Source: Phoronis australis
Lineage: Eukaryota; Animalia; Phoronida
NCBI GenBank assembly: GCA_002633005.1
Contig: NMRA01000458.1
Coordinates: 62,001 to 126,000, forward strand
DNA: 64,000 nucleotides
Direction: 5' to 3'
Shown in pieces: positions 1 to 13,313 of the stretch. How positions within the stretch are numbered: the first letter of the stretch is position 1; each line of letters starts with the position of its first letter. Under the pieces are notes generated by a model. The model saw nothing but the letters and a program-made list of their open reading frames with translations. It searched no databases and had not been told where the DNA came from. The position numbers and the translations under genes are program-made.

Positions 1-1513
1 TATTGGCGACGAGGATAACGAACTACTTTCATCGTAATGGTACAACATTTTCACGTGGCTGTACCGCCAACATTTTGGCCGAATGGACTTTGGGATAAGA
101 AAATAGCACTTTCTGCGCATATAGCGTCGCTGGGTGAGATTCTCAAGTTACCAAAGTTTCTTATCTTGCTTTCCACTAAAATCGTGTAATAATATCACGA
201 GTTTTAATTCAGGGATACATTTGAATCTATGCACTACAACAATTTTGTTATGTTGAACACTGGGTCATTTCTCTATTTCCTTGTGTTACGGCAGGCGGCA
301 AGTTCAAAAATCCACCGAGTTTGTTAGCCCATTTTCTCCACGGCGCGTTCCTAGCACAGATGCACGGTTTATCTCCAAAAACTCTACTCTGACGGCATGT
401 AGTTGTTCATGTCTTGTGTGCGCGGCGTATCTTCACAACGCGTGCGTGCACTCTCATTGATTCGTGCAACACCACCCACGTCGACGCTCAGCGTCCTCTC
501 GCAAGACACCTCACCTTTCCGATATCTCTTGCACACGCACAATTTCTGCACTGACTCCTCAAGCTGATTGCAGCGACGGCTTCGGTAGGACTTGGCGTAC
601 ACAACTTAATTTTTTGAAGATGGACAAACAGGCTCACGCTCGGAACAGGAGTTCACCATTTCACCACCAACTTTCACATGGTCAAAAATAGAATTATTTT
701 ATTCTTGGTCTCGCTTCAACATCGATATCAGCTGGTACAGCACTCTCGATTGCCCGGTTACGCAATGCTTGTCGACAGGATTAGATTAGAGCTAGCTAGG
801 TGTCCTTGTATAAACTCCGTCCCACTTGTCAGTCACTGAGCTGCTGAGCAATCGAGCCATGTAACTTACTGAAACTTGGTCAAATATGATGAAAAAAAAC
901 AACTTTGGATTTTCAGAATGATTTTATTTTTCTTCATAATACTATGCATCAAGAATTAAAGATAAGGATGACATAAAAATGTAAAAAACAGTGAAAATTA
1001 ATGTTTTGTGTATTCACCTACCTTAAGAAATAATACGGCCAATATTTACTGCACGGAAATCAAGCTCTTCGAAGAATCGACTTTTTACTTTTCGTTTGTC
1101 ACCCCGCCAATGTCAATTTTTAACTACCGCTGAACTAATGGACTACACTGCATGCCCTGAGCTCATTGGCTGGCGTTAGGGTCACTACGTGACATCATTA
1201 GGTCAAAAACTGAGCTCACAAGATGGCAGACGATTTGGTCGGTTGTGGTTAGAGGAAGGTAAAAAGAGGCGACATGTAACCTGTAAGACCGTTTGCAGTT
1301 TTTGAACGTGTCAAGGGTAATTTGATTTTGTTAGTACTGATATACTAAACAAAAATTCCCCTCCCATTCTTTTGGTCTGTATCTTTTTCATCAAGTGGTG
1401 AAAAGCTCTCCGGTGGAACTTCAGCTCTGTTTAAAGAGCTGAGTATTGGCTAGGCGAATTCTTGGCCGAAATACACGCATACACGGAATACATTGTTTTG
1501 TCTTTTTCTTCAG

Positions 1514-4500
1514 ACTGCAAAAACATCGGCGTGCGTTTTGTACAATCTTGCCAAAAATCCGGAGAAGCTACAGAAGCTGGTGGAAGAGATTGACACCATA
1601 GTACCAGATCACGCTGCGGTGACTCAGCAAGCACTGGACAAGATGCCCTATCTTAAAGCTTGTGTGAAGGAATCATTCAGGTAATGTGTTATAAAACGTT
1701 GTCATAGTTCTTTAATGAGCGACTCCGATACTCACGAGGGGTGCTTTGGAAAGAAAGTCCTTCTTTTTAACATTTGAATAGATTAAGAGCAGAAAGTAAA
1801 TTATCAGCATGAGAGCGTTCGTGTGTAAAGGAACCCATGTGATTTGCCTGAGTGCTGGCTTGGTAAGGCCCCTTGCTTCACTTGCGACACCTAGCGAATT
1901 TCGAATTCCTCATTACGAACACGTCCACACGGCATTTGCACATAAAAGATGCAATGATTCGCATAAGCCTTTGGGGAAAGATAATAGTAGTCACGTGATT
2001 GATTTTCTATTTCGACCGTTATATTTGTCATTATATTTTACTGAGACTCCCAAGCGATGTGATTTTTTCACGGACTGTACTGTCAGGAACATAATAACTA
2101 CAGTGACATTTATCGGACAACATACATAACACCCCTCCATATTAACACCCCTCCATATTAACTAAAATATTATGCAACAACGAACTGAGTACCAATAAAT
2201 CCTGTCTTAATCAAGGCTAACAATATATGACTACACAACCAGTCTCTACAAGATCATTCTCTGAGGCTACGTACGAATCCGCGTAGAACTTCCCACTGAA
2301 GTTGATTTGACGGTGCTGTTGATTTAACGGTGAATCGTATCGCTATCGTTTGAAGTTGCTTCATCATGTATACATGGGCGTAATCGAGAACATACCCGGT
2401 TTCGTCGCCAGTTTTCTGTCGTAGTGGTGGTCTCGATAAGCTGTCGGCCTTTCCGTGCAGCTTAGGTTTCTTGTAGTCAAAAGTGTAGTCGCAACTAAAC
2501 AAAAAGAATGCACATCGCTGCAGACGTGCCCTTTTTGATATTGACAGTAGCGGTATCCTGGTCATATTATCTACCGAACAAATAACAGTGACATTTCTTC
2601 ACAGCCCAAATGAGACAGACTTTCTATATCCGTTTGCGGATATTTTTTTCCGACGCAAACACAATCGGAAGTTCCGATCTATCTTTCATGACACGCGAGA
2701 GAACACAACCTTATACCATGTCAAACACAGCGGCAACTGGAGACTATAGTGCACAAAAACTCGCTCCGATGTTGTCAAATGCTTAACGTGAAAAGCGCAA
2801 TCGAGGTCGGCTATGCAGCTCCACGGTGTGCTCTTTTGGAGAGTTTATTCAGAGATGCTAACAGTGACGATGGGCAAAAACTTTCGACAGTAGACTACAA
2901 GCCCTATAAACTAACTTAATTTTTAGTATTCTCCGGAGTTGGGCTTTCATTATGACTTCAATTTTCTCGCGTGTCTTATCCACGCCGTCTCAGTCGACCT
3001 CATGGCCCCATTATTTGATTTTCTTTTTGAAGATCGCACATTTCTATAGGTTTACGCGTAGTCCGTACTCGCGTAAACGCTTCAAAACTTGTTCAAGCTG
3101 AGTAATATGTTCCTCATCACTTCTGCCCGTGATGATGACGTTGTCCAGTAACACTTGGGTGTTGTCAATCTTTGTAACCTCTGTATTAGTGTGGGCGATA
3201 GAATAACGCGTCAGCTTCGTTTAAAACGATTTATTCTTGAAGAGACGGTTATCTGCAAACCATAAATACAGTTTGTCAAACAACGGAACCAAACAATGTT
3301 CTCAAAACGATCCAATAGTCAATACGGCTAGCACACGGGACTCGAACCCGCATAAGACAAAACCATCACAAAGCAGCCGTTACGGTTCAACAATTAAACA
3401 CTAGTCATACAATGTCCAACAGACCTACATGAATAGACTAAACGTAAAGCCTTAACAGAATTGCATGTACTTACTGGAGTTTTCCGCGTGGCCCAGCTAA
3501 TAATCTCTCTACAGTGCATCACAACATGTTGAAAACAATATTCGAAATGAGCGCTGTAAAGGACTGCTGCAGCTAAAAACCATCAAAACTGCACTGTGAT
3601 TGGTTATACAATGGTAGCATCTATTTAGCCAATAAACAATTACCTAGGAACGGGGGTAGACAGCAATTACAATGCACTCTGGAAACGACCTAAGGTGTAC
3701 ATACAACGCCTCTAGTAGACATAAAGATCCTAAACAAAAGACTAATGCTCCTGCATTAACACTCTGCTCCATAGCACGTTGCCAGATGGCTGGCACAGAT
3801 GTGACTCCAAGCCGCAAGACGGTTATACCGGAAAAAACAACTGTGGGTGTTAATCGTGAGATACTTCCAATCTTCTTCGCGGAACTCCATTGAAGATATG
3901 CGTTTCTAGGTCAATTTTCGTGAAATGTCCCCCACCTGCGAGTTTGGCAAAACTTTCGTCAATTCGAGGCAGGGGGTATTTCTCATTTTCTAAGACCAGA
4001 TTGAGCGTAACCTTAAAGTCTCCACAGATAGGGATGCTCTCGTTGTTTTCGACAATCGGGACTATGGATGTCACCCTATCACTGTGGTCCACTTTGCTCA
4101 GGATATCTGTTTTACCAACCGGTCTAGTTCAGCCTCAACATGCTGATTCAGCGCGCACGCCACAGGACGTGCTTTGCGAAATTTCGTTTTCGCTGAGGTT
4201 AACAAGTGCTTCAATGTTTTTCAACGTGCCAAGTTCGTCTCGGAACACATCGCTGTGTTTTGCGCACCGGGACTTCTCTTTCGATATTGCAGATACCGGT
4301 GTGGCTGATAAATTTGCGCGAAGTGACTCGATACCAGTCCAGTTAACGCGAAGTGCACGAAGTGACTCTCGACCAAACAATGGCGGATCATCACTTTCAA
4401 TTACATAGTTTAATTCAACTGTCTGATCCTTGTAACTCACACACACCTTCGCAACCGCCAGCGGACGCACTTTCTCACCAGTATACAAGTCACACACTCC

Positions 4501-6684
4501 CAACATTTTTGTGAAAAACCTGTTGTAATTACTGCGAGAGATGACACACGCAACTGGCCTGGTGTCTAGTTCCATTAATATCAGCTTCCGTCCACCCTGG
4601 GCTCGACTTATATGATGTCGCAATAAGTTTTAATGCAATAGAGCTGCAATGGTCATGGGCGGCGAACCGTTGACATTGGCTAAGAATACTGATCTAGTCG
4701 CTCTTTATAATCGCACCACAGCTCGATCGTATCGTCGAACACTGGCGATTTCCTAAATATATTGCCTGGCATGGCACAGATCAGCACTCACGTTGGAAAA
4801 ACAAGTATGTATCACTACGCACTTCAAATTCTCAGACTTCTGACAAATCGAGAACGGAATTTCAGCAAAAATGATGAAGGTTCAAACTTCCATGCATCAC
4901 CCGTTTATGCTTGAGTTCCGACCTTACGTGAGCTCCTTACTAAACGTCTTCGTCGCCAAAATGTCACATTTGCCACCACATTTTACTGAGACACACAAAC
5001 GACGTGGTCCTTTTATAGACTGTTTTGTCAGAAACATACTTACTACAGTGGCATCTATTGAGCAACATACATACCAACGACTTCCTGTTTACAAACCAAG
5101 TGAGTAACTATAGCCGGTAAACTCATACGGTTGGCCCGGTGGAACCGGCAAAGTGCAAGCTTTTTCGACTTAGATAAAGGCAATTCTTTTCAGATTAAAG
5201 TCGACCACCCTTCCCCAGTATTTCTGTAGCCAGATCTCCCGGCTTGCAAACTACCAGTTTGTCTTTAGACAGATGACGTGTCGTGGGGTGAGAGAGATTG
5301 GGCGTGAAAAGCTTGTTTATTCAAATCTACCTCTGTTGTGCACTTCGCATCTCAACGTGCATTTCAGGTTGACGTTTCCTGTTAGCTTTGGATCTGTGAG
5401 GAAATTGGACCATGAAGTTATAATGAGCGGATACAGGATACCGCCGGGGGTTCGTTTTTGCTTTTTTTGTTACATAACAACACGATTGCAGACGAAGCTT
5501 ATGTGTTTAACTTTTCTCTTTATTTCAAGAAAATGCTCAACTTCTTCCTCCAATGTTTTGCATAGCGGCTGGGGGCACCGCTTGATACCACACCATCGAT
5601 CTCTNTTCTCTCCCTCTCTCTCTCCCTTCCTCCCTCCCTCCCTTCCTCAGTCCCTCTATGTAGATGTCTGTGTTATGGCACATTCGTGATTGGGTGAACG
5701 TATATATGATACAAGATTGTTTAAATTGCCTTTGCCACAATTTCGCAATGTCTTTTTAGCATGTGTCCAATTAAAACCAGTTTCTCACTTTTTCAAAATA
5801 ATACGAAAAATCTGTTTTTGATACATTAATGAATTGGAATAGGCAAGTCGTGATAAGCTGGCATTGAACAATTTTCATCCGTGCATACGTCGTGAAGAAG
5901 ACCTTTCATTGTTTTTAAGGTGCTACTAATGGCCAACTGCGCCGCCATGTGTCGGCTTGACGATTATTTCCCGGATCCCCATGAATTCATTCCAGAGCGA
6001 TGGCTACGCAACAACCAGCAAGCCATGAAAATTGATAGCAACACGGCTTCCTTTATCATGTTACCTTTCGGCTACGGTCTGCGCTCATGCCTTGGCAGGA
6101 GGTTTGCCGAACAAGAGTTGTACTTGCTGATTATTAAGGTGCTACCATCTGTTTTGCAATGTTTGAGGAGTAGATAAATACGTTACTGGACCTCCGGGCC
6201 GTGCACCATAGACCTAATTCAGTCGCGGAAAAACTCTTGTGATCACGTATTCTCGTTATAATTCGTAGCGATATCTAGCGGAAACTTGCGTGACTACTCT
6301 TTCTTAAAAGAAACTTGGTTTACGGATCGCAACCCAGAACAGCGAAGAATTTGATAGTTATTCATGTCATTGCCTAGTGTTTGGGACTGTAATTATGAGG
6401 TCCACTCAAGTTCAGTAGGTGGAGCGAATATCAGGTTTAGAAGAAATGACACACTTTTAATCTCATGTCGAAAAGTGTTACTCCAGAATGCACTTACAGT
6501 AAGTATGGGTATTTTTAAATGGAGTTGAGTAATTAAATGCACTTGAATTTCGACTTTCTTTCTCTTTTAGGTTCTGCAAAACTTTCAGTTGGACTACAAA
6601 TATGAAGATCTGGACACGGTCAACAGCTTATTCACAAGTCTCGAGAAGTCACCAAAATTCACGTTTTCCACTCGTTCTAGATAG
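1514..6684 (+). CDS. Cytochrome P450, mitochondrial clan; 3' part, exons 1514-1680, 5368-5449, 5920-6138, 6571-6684; 5' exons lie upstream of the window
   Basis: All introns are GT-AG and phases are consistent. Joined protein has the I-helix end (TAKTSACVLYNLAKNPEKLQKL), K-helix YLKACVKESFRL (ExxR), GYRIPPG, PHEFIPERWL (PERW), heme motif PFGYGLRSCLGRRFAEQEL, and stop TAG at 6682-6684. KACVKES and GRRFAE are typical of the mito clan. Confidence 0.93.
2017..2131 (-). repeat. 3' LTR of the Gypsy element
   Basis: Ungapped match to 4962-5076 (about 28 mismatches in 115 by manual count); starts TGTTATG directly after the PPT on the minus strand. Confidence 0.85.
3182..3755 (-). mobile_element. Solo-LTR-like insert splitting the Gypsy RT domain
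   Basis: RT reads ..AIWQRAMEQ | insert | KIDNTQVLLDNVII... On the minus strand the insert has TG(C)AGGAG...CTAATACA ends and an AATAAA about 50 nt before its end. TSD is unclear. Confidence 0.55.
4962..5076 (-). repeat. 5' LTR of the Gypsy element
   Basis: Ends ...GTGACA on the minus strand and is followed by TTTTGGCGACGAAG (PBS). Confidence 0.85.
5601..5650. repeat. CT/CCCT-rich microsatellite
   Basis: ctctntttctctccctctctctctcccttcctccctccctccc. Confidence 0.8.
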
Positions 6685-7599
6685 ATGTGAACAACGGTAA
6701 CTTGCAATAAGAACAATATGAACAGCGGTATGCGAAGAGCAGCTACCACTTGATTCAGCCACTAGAACTGTGAAACGTCCAGTCTCTTGAGCTTTTTAAT
6801 TGCATAAATATGGAGTTGTATATCAAGGTGTACGTTTTTAACTTCTTCCTCACACTGACGCAATAAGATGAGCAATTCTCTAACTGTCTGTTAAAAACAA
6901 AACGAGCGTTTATTGCACCACGTGATCACCAACGAAGATAAATTTATCTTGGTCGTCACAAACTATTATTTTGTCATTTAGTAATACTTTTAAGCACGAA
7001 CAAAAGTTTTGTGAGTCAAACTTGTTTAACTATTTTCAAACATAATTTATGAGTTTGACCTGTTAATGTTTTATTTTCAAGTTCTATAAGAATAACACGC
7101 AAAGCAGGATTTCAATTTTGTTTATGGCTATACACCAGCTTACAATAGTGTTTAGTCGACCGTTAGATAACTACTGTAACTCGTAATCAATAACTTGAAA
7201 AGAAACAGGGTACAATTGCACTTACACATGTCCAGTACAATGTCCATAAATAAAGTCATAACATGAAACTAGAGCCCGCCTCTGTTAAGCTTAGCCCGTC
7301 AGGGTAGAGACCATAAGGTATGTAATCCAATTAGCCATTTTCTAACAACGTCTAATAACATCTATTTGCCGGCTCTGCTAGAACTCAGTGGCCCAAGACT
7401 GCATATGAACAGACAAAACTGGTTTCACATTGGTCTTTTAGGGATACCTCGAGACGCCTTATATACATGTACCGGGTATGTACTCAAAAGATTTGGGGAT
7501 ACCGATAACCCAAAACATCAGATGACACTCATCTGGACTAAGGCTTGAGAAAAGGAGATGCAAGCAGCTCTACCTCTCTGTTCTACAGGATTTACAAAA

Positions 7600-7848
7600 A
7601 AATGAAAACATTAACAATACACCATAAACAGTAATTTCAGGCGGTCGTTGCACCAGACCTTTCCAGGCCGATCATGTGGGCCCATTACAGTGATAATCTG
7701 GAGCCATGATTTATTGATGTATAGTTAAAACCGAGCTGAGGAGCTAGAGACCTTACTCAAGGGTCCAACAGTTTGTCCCAGTGGGACTCGAACCCACGAT
7801 CTTTAGTAAAGGAAACGGCACTTTTCACATTACGCCACACTGCCTCCT
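7600..7848 (-). mobile_element. tRNA-derived SINE (CORE/V-SINE-like); 3' boundary approximate
   Basis: Minus strand has A box TGGCGTAATG, B box GGTTCGAGTCC, then GGACCCTTGAGTAAGGTCTCTAGCTCCTCA resembling a conserved SINE central domain. Confidence 0.7.
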
Positions 7849-8094
7849 CTAACAGTGGCCAAGGACTAAGAAATTGCACAAATTCTAAGTGCATGTGAAT
7901 TTATCAATCATGTGCGACTAAACGCAAGTGCAGCCGGTTACTCACTTAAGAAACGAAGAATTTCACCAAATCGGCAGTTTTTACACCCATAGCTATCATT
8001 CGTTATGAACCGAGAAATAGTGCATTCAGACTGCAAGCACTCCAGATTTTAGAAATTAGACTTGGTGAAGTTGATTATTGATTGTATTGGCGTA

Positions 8095-8485
8095 CTTGTT
8101 TCTACGTCGATATTTTGTCGGACCCGGCGTCGAATAGACGTCGTAAATCGTGGATAATTGTTGGCTGTATTGACTGTGCTTCGACGTTGATATTTTGTCG
8201 AACCAAAAGTGGCACAGACGTCGCAAATTGAGGCTGATTGTTGGTTGCATGGGCGTTTTTTCAACTTTTGTTATGTCGCACCAGTGTCACATAGACGACG
8301 GAATCAGACTGAGTGGAAATTTGATGGAATTGACATTATTTAAACATCGATATTTCATCGGACTCAACGTTTATCTAACGTTGGAAATCGACGTCTAAAT
8401 CCTACAATGTATTTACAACCAAAGGCTCAACCGAGGTGATGGCGTTATATAAACGTGGAAATGACTTGGTAATGCCTGCGAGGAA
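8095..8485. repeat. Internally repetitive non-autonomous element (ACGTCG/ACGTTG subrepeats)
   Basis: Many degenerate copies of gacgtcg/aacgttg/cgacgt motifs; no credible protein. Confidence 0.45.
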
Positions 8486-10460
8486 AGTAGCATTAGCGAA
8501 CAGAAGCAGGTTCCTTTAATCTATGCCCAGGATTGGAACCAAGCGAACCCCTTCTTGAAATGTCAGATGCATCAAAGTGTATCGAGAACGAGTCCCAAAG
8601 TAAAGTGTATTTTTGCTCATTTCCGAGGTACCTATCAGGGTTCACGAGTTTAACTTGAACTCCAAAAAACGCTGATCAGAAATATTTCTTTCTTATTGCG
8701 AGTATATTGAGTACCCCCCGTTCAACATGTACGCGGTCATCACAAATAGTAGGCCCCCAGTCTTTTCGACATTTGTGAATTCATTACAAACAATTCATAG
8801 TAACGACCTTCAAAAGAAATACTATTCTTGTGATACTATTGGAAAAATATGACATTATTTATAACTAACCATAGGAAGTAGCCTTTCTGTGTTATTCACA
8901 AATAGTGATCATCATGTTCTTCAAAATTCCAACTCTTTGATTGTGGTCAGTACTATTGTATTTTTCACATTTTTGGTTGTTTGGGTAGAATGTTTTGATA
9001 ATGCTGTGCTGTGCACGGTTGTTTTGTTTTTGATGAATTTGGAATTTCAACTTCCCATTGTGAATACTTGGCGGTGTTGGATTTACATGTATAGAGGGAC
9101 TCCCGAACCGCCCCACCAAAAGGGGGTCCCGCCTGAAATGCGACACCTAAGATGAAAGGCTACACATCAATAAGCTTCCATTGTCGGGTGACCTTGAGAA
9201 GTGACTTTCCTCAGCCTGAAAGCCAGTTGTACGATTTCACGAAAAACAGGGAAATAGAAATAATCGATTCCAAAGTTGGGCTCTCTCTCTTCGTGATCGG
9301 CCCCTCAAGAATTTGCCAATCAAAACACGAAAAGAGTGGCCACCCGAACGTCATTAATGGCCCTCTTCAAGAGCTGGACCCCTAAATATGAAAAGATCTA
9401 TATTTTCAAAAGTCAGGAAATGCTCAGCAGTTGATGTTATCTGCCAGGCCATCAATTTTCTCAAGAGATACACAATTTAGAGAACGAAAAGCACGAACAT
9501 GTCTTTGTTATCCTTTGCTAGAGAAGGGCCTCTGAAAAATATAATTTTGCATTTCTGCATTTGCAAAACTGTCTTATTGAATTTGAAAATCCAGTGAATT
9601 AATATGCTCCGCAAAAACTTCGCTTTGCGAATTTTCTCGATTTTTCAAAATACATGTATGAATGATAAAGTGCACGTTTTCAAGTGCGTTTAGACGACCT
9701 ACATGTATGCAGCAAAAACGGAGACCCTAACAACAATGTCCTGGCCAGGGCCCTCAGAGGGTAAACCATGCACTGATACTGAGTTGTCAAATGTTCTCTT
9801 GAATTTTCTCTCTTATCGGTATTCGTAGTCTTTCTTTTCTCGACTGTCCCAGGACCCAAGCCTATGTCGGTTGCCATAGTCCTTAACATCGTCAAACACT
9901 ATAGGTTAGTGGACGTCCATTCACTATCATAGATTCACCTATACACATGCCGGTCACTAGTACTGCCGACACAAACCTTACGAATTGTCAGTTCTAACGT
10001 ATCTTTCATACACTTCATCAAAGTGCGATGCAATAGAAGAATTGAATTTCCAAAAATACTCTGTTCCGACGCAAGTAAGCGTAGATACAAGCCTGATTCT
10101 AATCCACAGTCGCACTTTTAGCTCTTTTCCGAAGATGTAGAATTCGTTGCATTTTCAGTCATAATTTCCTTAGGTTTCCTAAGACGCCTAATAAGTCTGT
10201 ATGGAGCAATTGAATAACTAGTCTTTAAGGAATTCGCTAGATGTCAGTATGGACTGATCTGATGGTACTGAAAACAACTAAATAAACGCACATGTCGCTT
10301 TACTTCACATCTAACATGTTTAACATAGAATGGACCGGAAAAATAATTCGTGTAACTAAACAAGGTTTCATCAAGAGTCCAAACGACTGTCATCTCACGA
10401 GTACGTGGTGCAGCATCAGAAAAGTGTCACACGGACAGTAGAACTTGCGGCAATAATCCC

Positions 10461-10640
10461 ATAGGCGGATTTAGGGGAGACAGGGGGCCCGGGCCTCCCC
10501 CCACCCCTTGGCTGCCCCAAAAAATAAAATAGCAAGAGCGTAGGGAAATGTTGAGTTTATTAATTAACCCCGGTATTTAAAATTATACGGATGAAACAAG
10601 ATTTAAATGTGTGCAGTTTTAGTGTTGGGGGGGGGCTCAA
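10461..10640. mobile_element. GC-rich MITE end (GGCGGATTTAGGGG family)
   Basis: ataggcggatttaggggg...G/C runs; the terminal motif is shared with the MITE at 44326-44480. Confidence 0.45.
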
Positions 10641-11121
10641 ATCCAATTTCAAGTGTCAAACTCGGTACACGAAGCAATCGTAACGGAACTATGGCTAAGT
10701 ATAGGCTCTCCCGCGATATCACAGGCGACCGGCAGTGGCGCTGCGCACTTCGACTCCGTTTCCGTCGTCTGCTCCACTATACAATGAAGAAAATTTACTT
10801 CATTTTTAAAAACAAACGGAACCTGAGTGACGATGGAAAAACAGAAGCTGCTGGTAAGATGTGAATTTTAATCGAAGCCTTAATGAATCACTCAGAAACT
10901 CATGATTCTCTCTTTGTCAAACCTTAACTTAAGACGATTTCCAAAGCAACTCCGTCATTATTGCCAACACGAAAAACGGATTTGGTCTTTTGGGCATTTG
11001 AAGACTGTTTTAAATACAACAAATTTGTTACGAACCGATTGCACAAAATATAAAACGTGTAATAAGTCGCGAGTTCGAAACTGTGTTAATTGCAGTTTTT
11101 TCTGTTTGACACGTTCTCCCT

Positions 11122-11157
<36 letters not shown>

Positions 11158-11347
11158 NNNNNNNNNNNNNNNNNNNNNNNNNNNNNNNNNNNNNNNNNNN
11201 NNNNNNNNNNNNNNNNNNNNNNNNNNNNNNNNNNNNNNNNNNNNNNNNNNNNNNNNNNNNNNNNNNNNNNNNNNNNNNNNNNNNNNNNNNNNNNNNNNNN
11301 NNNNNNNNNNNNNNNNNNNNNNNNNNNNNNNNNNNNNNNNNNNNNNN
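11158..11347. other. Assembly gap (N run) preceded by a poly-T tract
   Basis: Ns in the sequence; about 35 T immediately before. Confidence 1.
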
Positions 11348-11430
11348 GTACGCTACTGTGAGACAGTTGAGTCGTTATCTGAATTTCTATTTTTAGGCTT
11401 ATTTTACAGCTGTGCTTTGCCGTCTTCGTT

Positions 11431-11561
11431 TGGGAAGAAATTTCACGTGGGAAGAAATTTCATGCCTTAGAAGTGAAATAACTTCCCCTCAATACCGCGC
11501 GTGCGCAAAAGGGTCAGAATGGGAAGAAATTTCACCGGGAAGAAATTTCACGCGACACCGC
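11431..11561. repeat. MITE end with four GGGAAGAAATTTCA subrepeats
   Basis: Motif seen four times, ending in cgcgacaccg. Confidence 0.6.
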
Positions 11562-12164
11562 CACTGAATCCAATATATTTGTCTTACCTCAAACAAAACC
11601 TTTTCTCGTCCACTGTGGTATGTGTGCTTATAAGCGTTTCTAACTAGTTAAGTCAACAGCATGATCACTCTTAGGCAAAGCCATCTGATGCAAAAAAGTT
11701 AAAATCTACCAGGACACACACAAACTACAGCACACTTGACCGTTTCAACACTCTACTAGGAACTTTAAAAGTGACCATATCCTTGTTCCTAAATTGACAG
11801 AGATATTTTATCTAACACTGATAATCCAAAACCAACATCAGCCTGCCCCAATCTTCAAAAATTGTTCTGCTTGATAATTTACATCTGAGCATAGTGACAA
11901 AAACCTTTTGATAGTTGCCATGCTAATTTAAGAGACCTTCCTAAATCAGTTTTGGAAGTAAAGGATTCATCTGCATTTTTTTTTCATAATGCCCACACGA
12001 ATTATAAACCTAGAATTGTCCAATAACCAATTGTATCATATAGATTTGCTAGGTTTCAAGAGAGCTCCTGTTGGTGATGGTTAGAACAATTGTGAGAGGC
12101 CTTGGTTTGAGCTGTATATAGACGATAATCATCCTGCAAATTTGATAGGTCTTAGAGCGTTCCC

Positions 12165-12200
12165 GGTGGTGGCGGTGGTGGTGGTGGTGGTGGTGGTGTG
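12165..12200. repeat. (GGT)n microsatellite
   Basis: Direct reading. Confidence 0.9.
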
Positions 12201-13313
12201 AACTGGATTGAGTATACAGACCATAGTATCTGATAGACTAGATAGGTTTCGGACAACGAAAACAAAGCCTTCAATGATGAGTTAGGAACTGGTATCCAAG
12301 CGACAAACTGAAGGTGCAAGGAACTACATCGTCAATGTAAGACAGTGAGAGAATGAGATCACCAAGTTCCAGAGAATGAAAACAACGTTTAAAAACATGG
12401 TTCCAGTCGTTTTATTCACAGAAACCTGGAAAAAATGTCAGCACGTTAATTCAATTTCCAATATAGAAAATGAACTACTGAAAATCATTTTCGATGTTCG
12501 TTTTACAAGGATATGGGTCGTTAACAACACTGAGTTCTCGACATTCGCTCATCCGCGATATTGGGAATATTAAACAGAAATTGGATTTCCTATGAAAAGA
12601 TCGTATCTTTTCAACTTGGACTCACTGCAGCCAAGGGAATCATGTCACAAGACAACTACTTTCATTGTTCAAACTCACGTATTTGGTTGAAATCAATTCA
12701 ATAAATGTATGGGTTTCAAGAAATGTTATAAATTTTACAATGCTGTAATCAAATATCAATTTGAGAGCATTTTACCGGATTACTCTAGTCGATAACATCA
12801 ATACTGGTAATGAAAACCAGTTGGCGTGGATAGAAATATGGCGTGCGATCAGAATACACAGAATGTCGCTCTGGCGTAATATAATACTGCATAATTTCAT
12901 TCGTGAATACTAAGTACTTTACAACACAATACTCTTGTATGTTCATCGTTAAGCTCGATTGTAATGAGTGTCATAAAACGTGGTTACGCGTCGATCGAGA
13001 TGAATGTAATTATGCCGGCTTCCGTTGTCATGGTCTTGTTTATTCAACACTAGTGCCTTCCTAATCTCCATTCAACACTTGACGAGTGCGACCTTCGTTT
13101 TACCCTCATTTTCACATGCTAGCAGATATCAAGGTATCATTGTTAGCGTACGCGTAATCCACAACACAGCCACAGAATTGTCGGGACTTGCCCACAAAAG
13201 CTCAGCAGTTTTCAAAGACCATTTGAGTGATAGGCTGCAATTACGCCTCGGCCGACCATCAAGCGCACTAGTGATAAGCTTTGAATCATTGAAGAAGAGT
13301 TTTTTGGTTACCC

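Larger units (their letters stand above)
2017..5076 (-). mobile_element. Decayed, internally deleted Ty3/Gypsy LTR retrotransposon in a CYP intron, antisense
   Basis: Two 115-bp direct repeats (2017-2131, 4962-5076). PBS TGGCGACGAAG next to the 5' LTR. PPT GGAGGGG next to the 3' LTR. Flanks TCGAC/ACGAC. Pol remnants: protease MELDT, RT ICGDFKVTLN..YPLPRID..FTKIDL, LLDNVIITG (degenerate YxDD), RNase H end ARLQR..KLHGKADSLSR. Confidence 0.9.

Noticed and set aside
3890-4408. 172-aa plus-strand ORF (and 42372-42929 minus)
   Set aside because: Antisense shadows of Gypsy pol.
7770-7848. tRNA gene
   Set aside because: A and B boxes are present but no clean cloverleaf, and a SINE body follows; the same applies to 23668-23740.
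10902-11470. ORFs of 164 and 126 aa
   Set aside because: Artefacts running through poly-T and the N gap.
11431-11561. CRISPR-like repeats
   Set aside because: Eukaryotic context, irregular spacing and only 14-bp units; these are MITE subterminal repeats.
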